Program-made: the position numbers and the translations under genes
Part shown: positions 1 to 10,957 of the stretch, piece after piece
Position numbering within the stretch: the stretch's first letter is position 1
Layout of the letters: every line of letters begins with the position of its first letter
The notes under the pieces: generated by a model
What the model was told of the DNA's origin: nothing
Seen by the model: the letters and a program-made list of their open reading frames with translations, nothing else
The model's database searches: none
Assembly: GCA_964490975.1 (NCBI GenBank)
Contig: CAZBEQ010000001.1
Span: forward strand, 27,917 to 91,916
Direction of reading: 5' to 3'
DNA length: 64,000 nt
From: an uncultured Oscillospiraceae bacterium
GTDB lineage: Bacteria > Bacillota > Clostridia > Acetivibrionales > DTU013

Positions 1-489
1 GGCCTCGTGTTCAAATCCGGCGCGACTACCGGAGGCACCGATCTGGGTGCGAGGATAATGCATCATTTCATGCCGAGGCTTTCAATGGGAAAGGCGTTGC
101 TCATTATTGATTCCGGGGTAATTATATTTGCTGCCATAGCATTCAGAAGCTTTTTACTGGCGTTATATTCAATACTGGCACTCTATATTTCAACAAAAAT
201 CATTGATATCATTCTTGAAGGTGTTAATTTTGCAAAAGCTGTCTACATTATTTCCGACCACCCCGATGCTATCGCTGAGGACATAATGAAGGAACTGGAT
301 AGAGGCGTCACGGCACTTAAAGGAGTAGGGATGTATACAAAAAATGATAAAAATGTTCTATACTGCGTGATTCAGAGAGGCCAGCTGCAGGAGCTCAAGA
401 ATATTGTCAAAAAGACAGATCCTGCGGCATTTATCATACTAAGCGATGTAACAGAGGTATTGGGCGAGGGGTTCAAAACTTACGACTGA
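1..489 (+). CDS. YitT family membrane protein, C-terminal part with DUF2179-like domain (5' end outside window)
   Basis: The frame is open from base 1. It contains the FKSGATTGGTD motif and a C-terminal DUF2179-like segment (VTALKGVGMYT...FIILSDVTEV). Confidence 0.7.
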   Translation, partial: GLVFKSGATTGGTDLGARIMHHFMPRLSMGKALLIIDSGVIIFAAIAFRSFLLALYSILALYISTKIIDIILEGVNFAKAVYIISDHPDAIAEDIMKELDRGVTALKGVGMYTKNDKNVLYCVIQRGQLQELKNIVKKTDPAAFIILSDVTEVLGEGFKTYD

Positions 490-723
490 GTATTGCAGCT
501 GAGTGCCCTTGCTGAGAACCCCGACCGAGAACCCTGACATGGCCAAATCATGAAACCTTATTGTTCGAACCCATATTATTCCTAACACCTACTCTGGAGT
601 TTGAAAAAACTGCTCAAAATTTACAGTAAGGGCTACACTACTAATATAAATGGTTGTCATAACGCCGAAATATGCCAATTTAGTTAACTATTTATTGAAA
701 TTGTACAATAGGATTTCAAAAGA

Positions 724-823
724 GTTGGCCCTTATTGGAAAAAATGAGCAAAGATTAGGGTGTGAGCTATAAAGTTGGGCCTTACTTCGAAAATTGAGCA
801 AAGATTAGGGTGTGCTACATAAA
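724..823. repeat. Tandem duplication, 2 x 50 bp (~80% identical)
   Basis: Unit 724-773 (gttggcccttattggaaaaaatgagcaaagattagggtgtgagctataaa) is followed directly by unit 774-823 (gttgggccttacttcgaaaattgagcaaagattagggtgtgctacataaa). Confidence 0.85.
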
Positions 824-849
824 AGAATGAATTGAGGGTTGTATAGTTA

Positions 850-909
850 GCCGTGGCGTGATGGAATGTCATTGACTCGATGGAATGGCCGTGGCGTGAT
901 GGAATGTCA
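850..909. repeat. Direct repeat of a 22-mer (gccgtggcgtgatggaatgtca) with 38-bp period
   Basis: Identical copies lie at 850-871 and 888-909. Each is followed by a TTGAC(T/A) -35-like hexamer. Confidence 0.85.
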
Positions 910-912
910 CTA

Positions 913-942
913 TTGACATGGACAATGGGTCAGTGGTAATAT
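913..942 (+). promoter_or_regulatory. Putative sigma-A promoter of the ribU leader
   Basis: TTGACA at 913-918, an 18-nt spacer, and TAATAT at 937-942, just upstream of the riboswitch. Confidence 0.5.
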
Positions 943-963
943 GTGTTTATTAATTTGAATATT

Positions 964-1084
964 ATCTTCAGGGCAGGGTGAGATTCCCTACCGGCGGTAA
1001 TGCGGCTATAAGCCGTTAGCCCGCGAGCGGAAGCAGATCCGGTGTGATCCCGGAGCCGACAGTAAAGTCTGGATGGAAGAAGAT
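964..1084 (+). promoter_or_regulatory. FMN (RFN-element) riboswitch
   Basis: Conserved RFN blocks are present: agggcagggtgagattccctaccggcggtaa, agcccgcgagc, ggtgtgatcccggagccgacagt and agtctggatgg. The P1 helix pairs atcttc with gaagat. A riboflavin transporter gene lies downstream. Confidence 0.9.
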
Positions 1085-1105
1085 GCGCGCTTTTTGACCA
1101 TAGTG

Positions 1106-1135
1106 TCCCTGGAGTTATATTCCAGGGATTTTTTT
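1106..1135 (+). terminator. Riboswitch expression-platform intrinsic terminator
   Basis: Stem tccctgga (1106-1113) pairs with tccaggga (1121-1128), followed by a T7 run. Confidence 0.8.
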
Positions 1136-1160
1136 AATTTTCAAGAGGAGGTTGTACAAA

Positions 1161-1694
1161 ATGAAGAATAATGTTAAAAAAATGACTACTATGGCTATAT
1201 TGTCGGCGCTATCAATAGTTTTTATGCTGTTGATAAGGTTTCCGATACTGCCTGCGGCGCCATATCTTATCTATGAACCTGCCGATGTTCCAATATTCAT
1301 CGGGACTTTTCTGTTCGGACCACTGTCTGGCCTGGCGATAACACTAGTAGTCTGTGTGATCCAGGCATTCACGCTTAGCACTGACGGATGGGTCGGACTT
1401 GTTATGCACCTTGCCGCTACAGGATCGTTTGTGATAACAGCAGGCTTGATATACAAAAAGTATCATAAGTTCTCAGGGGCAGTTATCGCTCTTGCAGCGG
1501 GTACGCTGGTGATGACACTTGTGATGATCCCGGTGAACCTTATAATCCAGCCTAATTTTTACGGAACACCGATAGAGGTGGTCAAAAGTCTGATAGCTCC
1601 TGTGATAATCCCGTTTAATCTTATTAAAGCGGGAGTTAACTCGGTTTTAACGTTACTGGTCTATAAAAGCATCAGCAAGATAGTAAAGAAATGA
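1161..1694 (+). CDS. ribU: Riboflavin transporter, ECF S-component (RibU type)
   Basis: Small polytopic membrane protein immediately behind the FMN riboswitch. GGAGG lies 9 nt before ATG 1161. The ORF track start at 1152 is a TTG that abuts the RBS. Confidence 0.8.
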   Translation: MKNNVKKMTTMAILSALSIVFMLLIRFPILPAAPYLIYEPADVPIFIGTFLFGPLSGLAITLVVCVIQAFTLSTDGWVGLVMHLAATGSFVITAGLIYKKYHKFSGAVIALAAGTLVMTLVMIPVNLIIQPNFYGTPIEVVKSLIAPVIIPFNLIKAGVNSVLTLLVYKSISKIVKK

Positions 1695-1790
1695 GCCATA
1701 TGCGCTGATTTCAGACAGAAGGGTGATCATAGATATCATACTTTGCCTGTGAGTATATACAAAAATCACTGTAAATCGTTTGGAAATGTA

Positions 1791-1819
1791 TTGACAATAT
1801 TCCAGCCCTGTACTAGAAT
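1791..1819 (+). promoter_or_regulatory. Putative sigma-A promoter
   Basis: TTGACA at 1791-1796, a 17-nt spacer, and TAGAAT at 1814-1819. Confidence 0.55.
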
Positions 1820-1890
1820 TAAATAAAAATGTAATATATTTCTAGAAAAAATCGATTTATTACTTTGGAAATTAATTGGAGGAAACAGTG

Positions 1891-2100
1891 ATGGAAGTTA
1901 ACAGGCTGAAGGTACATGACCTTATGAATACCAACTGCGAGGGGAATTACAACCGTTTTGCAAGAGAACTTGGTGTTGATCCTTCACATCTTTACAGATT
2001 TCTCAATACAGGAGTGGGCGGTGGTAAAAAAATACTTATGTCCGTTATAAAGTATTGTAAGACAAACGGGTTGGATTTTGAAGAGTATATCAGTATCTGA
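1891..2100 (+). CDS. Small helix-turn-helix protein
   Basis: GGAGG lies 8 nt before ATG 1891. The protein has an HTH-like segment (NYNRFARELGVDPSHLYRFLN). Confidence 0.6.
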   Translation: MEVNRLKVHDLMNTNCEGNYNRFARELGVDPSHLYRFLNTGVGGGKKILMSVIKYCKTNGLDFEEYISI

Positions 2101-2146
2101 AAGCTGAAAGAATATCTGCCCAGCCAGCTGTGGACTTACAGGTATT

Positions 2147-2626
2147 TTAATAATATTCTTTGATCATCAGGGCTCTGACATAGCCTTTGTCTTTTGTTGT
2201 GGAGTCTATATAAAACCCCCTGCCGTAATAGAATCTGACAAGATCTCTATATTTTGAAGCAGTATGAAGACTTAAGTTTTTTATGCCTCTTTTGATAAGC
2301 ATTTTATCTATAAGGTTCATCAAGGACTTGCCTATGCCTATATTATGATAACTGAGCCGTACACCGAATCTGCTCAGATATGCGGTATTATCAGGCAGTA
2401 TACTGACTCTCGCGCTTCCTACGGCAACATTATCTATGACCGCGATATAGACTTCTTTTGATCTTATATCGCGGACAATATCCTCGCAGCTTTCCTGAAG
2501 GGCGTCCATTGTGACGGTCAGCCCCGTATCAGACATATATTTGCTGAAGGATTCCTGCATTATTTCAAATATTGCAGGAGCATCCTCTTCAACTGCCTTT
2601 CTAATAGTAAAAGAATAATCAACCAT
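2147..2626 (-). CDS. GNAT family N-acetyltransferase
   Basis: 159 aa with a GNAT core (RFGVRLSYHNIGIGKSLM...). It starts 4 nt after the argF stop, so it is probably co-transcribed. Confidence 0.8.
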   Translation of the reverse strand: MVDYSFTIRKAVEEDAPAIFEIMQESFSKYMSDTGLTVTMDALQESCEDIVRDIRSKEVYIAVIDNVAVGSARVSILPDNTAYLSRFGVRLSYHNIGIGKSLMNLIDKMLIKRGIKNLSLHTASKYRDLVRFYYGRGFYIDSTTKDKGYVRALMIKEYY

Positions 2627-2630
2627 GATG

Positions 2631-3548
2631 TCACCCCATTAGTGTAACCATGATGGCTTTCTGCACATGCAGCCTGTTTTCAGCTTCCTCAAATATGCAG
2701 GAGTTAGGACCATCAATGATTTCTTCCGTTACCTCAAGACCTCTATAGGCGGGAAGACAATGGAGGAACATTGCATCTTTCTTTGCCAGGGAGAACAATT
2801 TACCATTTATCTGATAAGGCATGAAGGTTTTTATTCTCATTTCTTTCTCATCTTCCTGCCCCATACTGACCCATGTGTCCGTATATACTACATCTGCATC
2901 CGTTATGGCTTCCTCCGGATCTTCGGTTATAACTATACTGCTGCCGGATATACCGGCTGCCTGCCTGGCTTGCTCGAGTATCGTCCCATCACACATATAG
3001 CCTGCAGGGGTTGCAACAGCGATATCCATGCCTGTTATTGCACAGCCTTGCAGCAATGAGTTGGCAACATTGTTCCCATCACCTATATATGCCAGCTTCA
3101 GTCCTTCAAGCTTGCCTTTCTTCTCATATACGGTAAAAAGATCCGCAAGTATCTGACAGGGATGCATAAGATCAGTAAGCCCGTTTATTATCGGTATGGT
3201 GCCATACCTTGCGAGATCTTGCACATCACTGTGCTTGAAGGTTCTGATCATGATACCGTCGATATAGTGTGAAAGTACCTTTGCCGTGTCATATATCGTT
3301 TCACCGCGGCCCAGCTGTATGTCGCTTGAGCTGAGGAATATCGGGTATCCCCCAAGCTGGTACATCCCTACTTCAAACGATACTCTCGTCCTTGTAGAGG
3401 ATTTTGAGAAGATCATCCCAAGTGACTTCCCCTTTAGCAGATGATGTTCAACACCAGTTTTGTTGTCTCTTTTCAGTTTCTCAGCCAGAGAGAAAAGGTC
3501 TTCAATCTCTTTATACGATACATCGTTCAGGTCTATAAGATGTTTCAT
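2631..3548 (-). CDS. argF: Ornithine carbamoyltransferase
   Basis: Contains the carbamoyl-phosphate-binding motif SSTRTR, plus HPCQ and HCLP motifs. 305 aa. Confidence 0.93.
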   Translation of the reverse strand: MKHLIDLNDVSYKEIEDLFSLAEKLKRDNKTGVEHHLLKGKSLGMIFSKSSTRTRVSFEVGMYQLGGYPIFLSSSDIQLGRGETIYDTAKVLSHYIDGIMIRTFKHSDVQDLARYGTIPIINGLTDLMHPCQILADLFTVYEKKGKLEGLKLAYIGDGNNVANSLLQGCAITGMDIAVATPAGYMCDGTILEQARQAAGISGSSIVITEDPEEAITDADVVYTDTWVSMGQEDEKEMRIKTFMPYQINGKLFSLAKKDAMFLHCLPAYRGLEVTEEIIDGPNSCIFEEAENRLHVQKAIMVTLMG

Positions 3549-3587
3549 TGTTATAAGCGTCCTTTCTGATAATAAAACTTTCCCTTG

Positions 3588-6500
3588 TCAATTCCCAGCC
3601 GTCTGACGGGAGTATTCGTCCAATGCGTAGATCCCTGCAGTGTTCTCCCAGGACAGGTGTTCAAGCACATCGAGCATTGCGTTGGTTGTGTCAAGTGATG
3701 TCAGACACGGAATATTGTATTCCATTGATGTCCTTCTTATCGAGAAGCCCAACCTTCCTGGAATACCTTCTTTTGCAGGTGTACTGATAACCAGCGATAC
3801 CTTGTCTGTTTTTATATGATCCAGGATACTGTCCTCCGGTATAAGCTCAACTGGCAGACCTGCGCCCGACAGGTAATCGTATGTATCTACAACTGCCATA
3901 AGCCTGAAGCCCAAGCTGCTGAACCTTGATGAGATAGCCAGACACTCGTCTCTGTCTCTTTCGCCGGCGGCTATAAGGACGCTGCCGTCTCTTGGTATGG
4001 ACAGTCCGGAAGCGATCAGCGCTTTGTAAAGCGCTTGGCGGTAGCTCTTATCAACACCCATGACTTCGCCTGTGGATTTCATTTCGGGGCTCAGGAACGT
4101 ATCGACCGTGGTGAGCTTTGCAAATGAAAATACAGGTGCCTTAACAGCGGTAAACTCAGGTTCTTTTGCGAGGCCTGGCTCATAACCGAGCTCTCTTAGC
4201 TTAGCGCCCATTATAAGCCTGGTTGCGACATTGACCATCGGGATACCGGTGATCTTGCTCATTATTGGGATCGTACGGCTGGCTCTCGGGTTGACTTCAA
4301 TGACGTAAACCTTGTTGCTTGAGTCTATTACAAACTGGATATTGAACAGGCCTATGGTTTTTAGTGCTTTTGCCAGGCGCATCGTATAGTCTGCGATCGT
4401 GCTCTTTATTTCATTTGACATTGTGTGCGGTGGATAGACGGCTATACTATCGCCGGAATGGACACCTGCTCTTTCCACATGCTGGAATATACCCGAAATG
4501 AGTACTTCTTCGCCATCGCATATACCGTCCACTTCAGCTTCGGTACCGTTTATATATTTGTCGATCAGTACCGGGTGCTTTGCAGAAAGTCCAACTGCCA
4601 TCTTCATGTATTCTTCCAGGGACTTGTCATTATAAACGATTTCCATGGCCCTTCCGCCAAGTACGTAGGAAGGCCTTACCAGCACAGGGTAGCCGATCCT
4701 TCGGGCTATTGCCAGCGCCTCTTTTACGGAATACGCAGTGCTGCCTTCAGGGATCGGTATTTCGAGTTCATCCAGAAGCTTCAGAAATTTGTCTCTGTCT
4801 TCCGCTATGTCGATACTCTCAACAGAGGTCCCGAGTATTCTCACACCTTCCTTGTGAAGCGTTTCAGCCAGGTTTATAGCAGTTTGTCCACCAAACTGTA
4901 CAATTATACCTTCCGGCTTTTCCTTTTCGATAATATCCAGAACACATTCCTTTGTCAGCGGCTCAAAATAAAGCTTATCGGAGGTGTCGAAATCTGTGCT
5001 CACGGTTTCAGGATTGTTATTGATAATGATCGATTCTATCCCCAGTTCTTTAAGAGTCCTGACAGAATGCACGCTGCAGTAGTCAAATTCTATGCCCTGG
5101 CCGATCCTTATCGGTCCCGAGCCTATGACCAGGACCTTCTTTTTGCCTGAAACGATAACGTCGTCCCGTCCTTCATATGTAGAATAATAATATGGCGTTA
5201 CAGCCTCGAATTCTCCGGCGCAGGTGTCGACGATCTTATATACGGGCTTGACAGGGTACTTTTCTCGGAGGTCCAGTATTGTGTCCAGAGGTACGTTGAC
5301 CAGATTTGCAATATATGAATCACCGAAACCTATTTGCTTGGCGCGCATATACAGATCATAGTCAAGCCAGGCAATTCCGGCGTTTTTGACATCCTCGGCA
5401 ACCTGAACGATATTTTGCAGCTTGTGGATAAAGAAGCTGTCAACCTTGGTGATATCGACTATTTTTTCAACTGATACACCCTTCTGTAAAGCCTTGAAGA
5501 TCACAAAAATGCGCTCATCTCTTGGAGATTTGAGTACTTCGACCAGCTCATCTGCGGTTTTGCTGTCGAATAGCTCAAGCCCCAGCTGGTAATTGAGCTT
5601 TATATCCAGCGAATCGATGGCTTTTAGCAGCGATTCTTCAAAGGTCCTGCCGATAGCCATTACTTCACCGGTAGCTTTCATCTGAGTACCGAGCGAGCGG
5701 TCAGCAGAGGTGAATTTGTCAAAGGGCCAGCGGGGTACTTTTGTGACGATGTAGTCTATAGTTGGCTCAAAGCAAGCAAAAGTGCTCTGTGTGACTGAAT
5801 TTCTTATCTCATCCAGATCCATGCCTATTGCTATCTTTGAAGCCACACGTGCTATAGGATAGCCGGTCGCCTTTGATGCAAGGGCGCTTGAACGGCTGAC
5901 CCTTGGATTGACCTCTATAACTACATACTCATAGCTATCGGGGTCAAGTGCAAACTGTATGTTGCAGCCGCCCTTTATTTCGAGGGCGCGTATTATCTTT
6001 ATCGAAGCGGTCCGGAGCATCTGATATTCTATGTCGGACAGTGTCTGGCATGGGGCGACTACGATGCTGTCGCCGGTGTGGACGCCGACCGGGTCCAGGT
6101 TCTCCATGCTGCAGATTATTATACAGTTGTCAGAACCGTCACGCATTACTTCAAACTCTATTTCCTTCCAGCCTGCTACGCTTTGCTCCAGCAGGACCTG
6201 ATTGATCATGCTGAGTTTGAGCCCCTTGCCGCATATGTACTTGAAATCCTCCATATTCTCGGCGATACCGCCTCCGGTGCCGCCGAGGGTGTATGCCGGC
6301 CTTATTATGATAGGAAATCCGATAGTCTCGGCAAATGCTATAGCATCGTTAAGGTTGGTCACGATCGTGCTGTGAGGTACCTTCTCATTTATTCTTTGCA
6401 TTGTTTCCTTGAAAAGCTCTCTGTCCTCAGCTCTTTTTATTGAAAGCAGGGATGTACCGAGCAATTCTATTCCAAGCCTGTCAAGTATGCCGTCATTGGC

Positions 6501-6806
6501 AAGCTGAACGGCCATATTCAGACCTGTCTGCCCTCCCAGTGAGGCAAGTATCCCATCAGGCATTTCACGCTCGATTATCTTTTTCACATAATCCAGAGTG
6601 ATGGGCTCTATGTATATTTTGTCGGCGGTCTCGCTATCGGTCATTATCGTTGCCGGATTGCTGTTGACCAGAACGACCTCGATGCCCTCTTCCTTTAATG
6701 ATTTGCAGGCTTGTGTACCTGAATAGTCAAACTCTGCGGCCTGACCTATTATGATAGGGCCTGATCCTATGACCAGCACCTTTTTGATTTCATTTCTTTT
6801 TGGCAT
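3588..6806 (-). CDS. carB: Carbamoyl-phosphate synthase large subunit
   Basis: ~1072 aa with duplicated ATP-grasp halves and an MGS-like C-terminus. The likely start is MPKRNEIKK; the track start at 6818 is an upstream GTG. Confidence 0.95.
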   Translation of the reverse strand: MPKRNEIKKVLVIGSGPIIIGQAAEFDYSGTQACKSLKEEGIEVVLVNSNPATIMTDSETADKIYIEPITLDYVKKIIEREMPDGILASLGGQTGLNMAVQLANDGILDRLGIELLGTSLLSIKRAEDRELFKETMQRINEKVPHSTIVTNLNDAIAFAETIGFPIIIRPAYTLGGTGGGIAENMEDFKYICGKGLKLSMINQVLLEQSVAGWKEIEFEVMRDGSDNCIIICSMENLDPVGVHTGDSIVVAPCQTLSDIEYQMLRTASIKIIRALEIKGGCNIQFALDPDSYEYVVIEVNPRVSRSSALASKATGYPIARVASKIAIGMDLDEIRNSVTQSTFACFEPTIDYIVTKVPRWPFDKFTSADRSLGTQMKATGEVMAIGRTFEESLLKAIDSLDIKLNYQLGLELFDSKTADELVEVLKSPRDERIFVIFKALQKGVSVEKIVDITKVDSFFIHKLQNIVQVAEDVKNAGIAWLDYDLYMRAKQIGFGDSYIANLVNVPLDTILDLREKYPVKPVYKIVDTCAGEFEAVTPYYYSTYEGRDDVIVSGKKKVLVIGSGPIRIGQGIEFDYCSVHSVRTLKELGIESIIINNNPETVSTDFDTSDKLYFEPLTKECVLDIIEKEKPEGIIVQFGGQTAINLAETLHKEGVRILGTSVESIDIAEDRDKFLKLLDELEIPIPEGSTAYSVKEALAIARRIGYPVLVRPSYVLGGRAMEIVYNDKSLEEYMKMAVGLSAKHPVLIDKYINGTEAEVDGICDGEEVLISGIFQHVERAGVHSGDSIAVYPPHTMSNEIKSTIADYTMRLAKALKTIGLFNIQFVIDSSNKVYVIEVNPRASRTIPIMSKITGIPMVNVATRLIMGAKLRELGYEPGLAKEPEFTAVKAPVFSFAKLTTVDTFLSPEMKSTGEVMGVDKSYRQALYKALIASGLSIPRDGSVLIAAGERDRDECLAISSRFSSLGFRLMAVVDTYDYLSGAGLPVELIPEDSILDHIKTDKVSLVISTPAKEGIPGRLGFSIRRTSMEYNIPCLTSLDTTNAMLDVLEHLSWENTAGIYALDEYSRQTAGN

Positions 6807-6901
6807 AACTCCCTCCACATATCATGCACCAACAGCAATGCAGCAACAGCTCCAAGGCTGATGTGACATTACATGCCGGATCAAATTTCATATCCGTATT
6901 C

Positions 6902-7957
6902 TTACATCATTTTCATAAAATCATCGAATATATACGAGGAATCCCTGGGGCCGGCGGCAGCTTCGGGATGGTATTGCACTCCGAGTATCGGCAGTGTTTT
7001 GTGCCGGAAGCCTTCTACGGTATTATCGTTTACATTTACCTGAATGATTTCTATATTATCATTTGTGTTTTCAGATAAAGCATAGTTATGATTCTGAGAT
7101 GTTATATAGCACCTGCCTGTATTGAAATCCTTTACAGGGTGATTTGCACCATGATGACCATATTTCAGCTTGTAGGTGGTACCACCGAGCGCAAGGCCAA
7201 GCAGCTGGTGTCCAAGACAAATGCCAAACAGAGGCTTTTTGCCAATCAGCTTTTGAAGCAGAGCTTTTTGCTCAACAAGGTCTGCGGGATCGCCAGGACC
7301 GTTTGATACCAGTATACCGTCAGGCTCACAGGCCATTACATCTTCAAAGGTGCAGGATGCCGGTAATATATAGATATCGCAATTGTGCTTCTCCAAATAT
7401 CTGACGATAGTGTACTTCAATCCCAGATCCAGCAAAACGACTCTTTTGCCCGTACCTTTGATATGGATCGGTTCTTTTGTAGTGACTTCCATTACCAGGT
7501 TACGGGGTTCCTGCATTTTTGCCTTCAGCCTCTCAAGTAAAACATCCACATTTCCACATTCCGTAGATATTATCCCGAACATGCTCCCAAAACTGCGGAT
7601 ATGCTGTGTCAGCGCTCGTGTGTCGATTCCTTTGAGCCCGATGATATTATTTTTCTTGAAATACTCATCAGTGCCTATCGAACAGCGCCAGTTGTTGGGA
7701 TACTCGCAGAGCTCCTTAACTATAAAGCCCTGCACATGAGTTTTGTAAGACTCGTTATCTTCGGTGTTGAAGCCATAGTTTCCTATGAGAGGATATGTCA
7801 TTGTAACGATCTGCCCATTATATGATGGGTCTGTGGTGATCTCCTGATAGCCTGTCATACATGTGTTAAAAACTACTTCGCCAATAGTTTCTCCGCTTGC
7901 TCCAAAACCCACCCCGGGGAAATATGTTCCATCTTCAAGGACCAATACTGATTTCAT
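6902..7957 (-). CDS. carA: Carbamoyl-phosphate synthase small (glutaminase) subunit
   Basis: 351 aa with the class-I amidotransferase motifs GICLGHQ and YHPE. Confidence 0.95.
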   Translation of the reverse strand: MKSVLVLEDGTYFPGVGFGASGETIGEVVFNTCMTGYQEITTDPSYNGQIVTMTYPLIGNYGFNTEDNESYKTHVQGFIVKELCEYPNNWRCSIGTDEYFKKNNIIGLKGIDTRALTQHIRSFGSMFGIISTECGNVDVLLERLKAKMQEPRNLVMEVTTKEPIHIKGTGKRVVLLDLGLKYTIVRYLEKHNCDIYILPASCTFEDVMACEPDGILVSNGPGDPADLVEQKALLQKLIGKKPLFGICLGHQLLGLALGGTTYKLKYGHHGANHPVKDFNTGRCYITSQNHNYALSENTNDNIEIIQVNVNDNTVEGFRHKTLPILGVQYHPEAAAGPRDSSYIFDDFMKMM

Positions 7958-7999
7958 ATATACACTCCTCTTTATAGATTAAAATCCTTTATCTGCAGG

Positions 8000-9199
8000 T
8001 TATTTAAGTGATCCAAGGATCTGCTCCAATGCTTCTGTGAAGATATCTATGTCATCCTTTGTTATGATCAGTGGAGGAAGGAGCCTTATGACACCTGTTC
8101 CGACACTGCCCACAAGGAAGCCCTTTTCGAAAAGCATATTTTTAACTTCCAATGCTCTATCCTGCCCCAATTCAATGCCTATCATCAAACCACGTCCGCG
8201 CACATCTTTGATTATGCTGAACCTTTGCTTCATCGCCAGCAGCTTTTCCCTGAGATAATTGCCCATTTTTTCAGCACATTCCGGGAGCTTTTCAGCAAGC
8301 AAGGTTTGCATTACGGCAAGGCCTGCCGCACAAGCCAGAGGATTGCCTCCGAAGGTAGAACCGTGATCTCCGGGAGCAAAGGCCTGCGCTACGCTCTCCT
8401 TTGCGCACAGGGCTCCGATTGGAACGCCGCCCCCCAATGCTTTTGCCAATGTAAATATGTCTGGTTCCACTCCGTAGCATTCATAAGCAAAAAGTTTGCC
8501 TGTTCTGCCCATGCCGGTCTGTATTTCGTCAAAGATCAATAAAAGACCATTTTCATCACAGATTTTCCGTACTGCTCTGACATAATTTGAATCCAGCGGA
8601 TGTACACCGCTCTCACCCTGTACAAGTTCCATCATAATCGCACAGGTTTCATTGTCAATAGCTGACTTAAGGGCATCAAGGTCATTTATGGGAACATGTT
8701 TGAAACCCGGTATCAAAGGAGCATATGGTTTCTGGTACTTCTCCTGTCCTGTTGCAGCCACGGTCGTGAGCGTCCTGCCGTGGAAGGACTTTTTCAACGT
8801 GATGATGCCAAATTTCTCAGGCATATCCTTCTTGTTGAAGTAGATCCTGGCAAGCTTTATTGCTCCTTCATTAGCTTCGGCACCACTATTTGCAAAGAAA
8901 ATACGGTCGGCACATGAATTTTCGGCCAGCATTTGAGCAAGCCTTGCCTGGGCTTCTATATAGTAGAGACTCGAACAGTGAATAAGCTTCTCCGCCTGTG
9001 ACCTGACAGCTTCAACAAGCGCCGGATGTCCGTAGCCAAGGGCATTTACAGCTATGCCGCCTAAAAAGTCCCGGTATTGACGGCCTTTGAGGTCGTAGAG
9101 CATCATGCCTTTTCCATATTCAAAGCAAATCGGTGACCTTGCACCGAAGGTATTCATATAGTATTTTGAGTCCAACTCCATTATTTCATTAAGATCCAT
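8000..9199 (-). CDS. argD: Acetylornithine aminotransferase (class-III PLP aminotransferase)
   Basis: 399 aa with DEIQTGMGRTG and TLAKALGGG (PLP lysine), located in the arg cluster. Confidence 0.9.
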   Translation of the reverse strand: MDLNEIMELDSKYYMNTFGARSPICFEYGKGMMLYDLKGRQYRDFLGGIAVNALGYGHPALVEAVRSQAEKLIHCSSLYYIEAQARLAQMLAENSCADRIFFANSGAEANEGAIKLARIYFNKKDMPEKFGIITLKKSFHGRTLTTVAATGQEKYQKPYAPLIPGFKHVPINDLDALKSAIDNETCAIMMELVQGESGVHPLDSNYVRAVRKICDENGLLLIFDEIQTGMGRTGKLFAYECYGVEPDIFTLAKALGGGVPIGALCAKESVAQAFAPGDHGSTFGGNPLACAAGLAVMQTLLAEKLPECAEKMGNYLREKLLAMKQRFSIIKDVRGRGLMIGIELGQDRALEVKNMLFEKGFLVGSVGTGVIRLLPPLIITKDDIDIFTEALEQILGSLK

Positions 9200-9260
9200 A
9201 AAAACAACTCCTCTGTAAAATAAACTCCAAGATATAACTCATACATAATTATACGACAAA

Positions 9261-9277
9261 ATGTATAAAAATGCAAT
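9261..9277. promoter_or_regulatory. ARG-box-like operator (ArgR/AhrC) upstream of argD
   Basis: atgtataaaaatgcaat resembles the TGAAT-AAAA-ATTCA type ARG box. An identical 17-mer lies at 12013-12029, and the flanks (taattatac...) are also similar. Confidence 0.6.
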
Positions 9278-9306
9278 ATAAAAATAAAGGGCATTACGCC
9301 TCTTTA

Positions 9307-9978
9307 TTAATCATTACTTTCTATGTATTGATTATATATGTCGGTTACTTCTTTCTCCAGCCGGTTGAAATAATCTGACAACTGCCTGTTACTAATATTA
9401 TCACATTCAATGAATTGCGCTGCATGATCTACGATGCTGTCGCTTGAACTTCTGCGCCTGATAATCTTGCCTGTTATCTTTGTAGCTTCACCTCCGGGCA
9501 GGTGTATGGTCATTTCGATATTCTCATTACCGTCAAATTTATGCTCACATACGAACGAAGCGCCTCCGTAAGATAGATCTGTTATAATACATTCATACGC
9601 TTCGTCGTCCCATACCGGACGGAGGGAGGCTTCCAGCTGGACATCATATCTGGGATAAAGTCTGTTGTTTATCATTTCTTCGGCGTTTTCCAGCTTTACC
9701 ATGATGTATCCGGGAGACTCCGGACAGATTTTTTTCAGCTTTCCATAGAAGTAATAAATAAAATAGTCGTTTGAATATTTGATCCAGACCGGGCAGTCGG
9801 GTTCTGCATACTGCTTCATGAATTTACTGATATAAGCAATACGTACAAGACTGCCGGTTACACCATACAAAATGTTACCATGCCATTGAGAATCCTGTCC
9901 GATACGGACACCTACCATCATGCCTTCCTTAAGGACAGCCGGAACATATGAGGCATTCAACAGATCACCCCCAAACAA
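9307..9978 (-). CDS. PilZ domain protein (YcgR-like, putative c-di-GMP receptor)
   Basis: The C-terminal half carries RxxxR (RLYPR) and DxSxxG (DLSYGG) motifs. Confidence 0.7.
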   Translation of the reverse strand: MFGGDLLNASYVPAVLKEGMMVGVRIGQDSQWHGNILYGVTGSLVRIAYISKFMKQYAEPDCPVWIKYSNDYFIYYFYGKLKKICPESPGYIMVKLENAEEMINNRLYPRYDVQLEASLRPVWDDEAYECIITDLSYGGASFVCEHKFDGNENIEMTIHLPGGEATKITGKIIRRRSSSDSIVDHAAQFIECDNISNRQLSDYFNRLEKEVTDIYNQYIESND

Positions 9979-10030
9979 AATCCATCCGTTTCTATATCGG
10001 ATGGATCATTGTTATTTATTACAAATTATA

Positions 10031-10945
10031 TTAAAGATTTTCTTTATCAAAGTAAAGTACCTTTTCTTTCATTATCATAGTACCTATGCCTTTGTTTGTG
10101 AATATTTCGAGTAATATGCAGTGAGGGATCCGGCCGTCGATGATGTGCGTCCTGCCAACGCCTTTGTCCAGCGCTTCGAGACAGCCGAGTACCTTTGGTA
10201 TCATTCCGCCGTTGATGACCTTTCTTTCTATAAGGTCGTTGACCTCTGTGGTGGTCAGTGCGTGGTAGATCTCATTACTGTCCTTTGAGGCCTTAACACC
10301 TTCCACATCAGTTAGCAGCATGAGTTTTTCCGCCTTTAGCGCGACAGCGACTTCGCCTGCGACTGTATCGGCATTGATGTTGTAGCTTCGGCCGTCGCTG
10401 CCGATGCCGATAGGAGCTAATACCGGAATGTATTCATCCTTTGCCATGATCTCAAGTACGGCTGAGTTGACCTTTGTGATTTTGCCCACGAGGCCGATAT
10501 CTGTTTCGATGCCGTCTACCATCGTTTTGTACTGCTCGCACTCGATTATATTGCCGTCGATACCGCAGAGCCCTATTGCCTTTCCGCCTTTCTGGTTGAT
10601 GAGGGATACAATCTCCTTGTTTGTTTTCCCGATCAGTACCATCTGTGCGACTTCCATCGTCTGCTTGTCGGTAACTCTGAGGCCATTGACAAAATCGCTC
10701 TTTATATCCAGGCGCTCGAGCATCTTGCTGATGTCGGGGCCTCCGCCGTGGACCACTACAGGATTCAAGCCTATATATTTCAGAAGAGTTATATCCTCCA
10801 TTACCGAGTTTTTTAATTCCTCACTGATCATGGCATTGCCGCCATACTTAATGACGACTGTTTTGCCATGCAGCTTTTGTATGTAGGGAAGAGCCTCAAT
10901 TAGTATTTCGGCCTTTTTAATGATCGTTTCCATAATAACCTCCAC
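10031..10945 (-). CDS. argB: Acetylglutamate kinase
   Basis: Amino-acid kinase fold with VIKYGGNAM and VVHGGGP motifs. An alternative start at 10933 gives METIIKK. Confidence 0.93.
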   Translation of the reverse strand: MEVIMETIIKKAEILIEALPYIQKLHGKTVVIKYGGNAMISEELKNSVMEDITLLKYIGLNPVVVHGGGPDISKMLERLDIKSDFVNGLRVTDKQTMEVAQMVLIGKTNKEIVSLINQKGGKAIGLCGIDGNIIECEQYKTMVDGIETDIGLVGKITKVNSAVLEIMAKDEYIPVLAPIGIGSDGRSYNINADTVAGEVAVALKAEKLMLLTDVEGVKASKDSNEIYHALTTTEVNDLIERKVINGGMIPKVLGCLEALDKGVGRTHIIDGRIPHCILLEIFTNKGIGTMIMKEKVLYFDKENL

Positions 10946-10957
10946 TTAAAATATATT

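Noticed and set aside
4425-5150. 241-aa plus-strand ORF, with several others inside carB/carA/argD/argB
   Set aside because: All lie antisense within strongly supported arg/car genes, so they are shadow ORFs.
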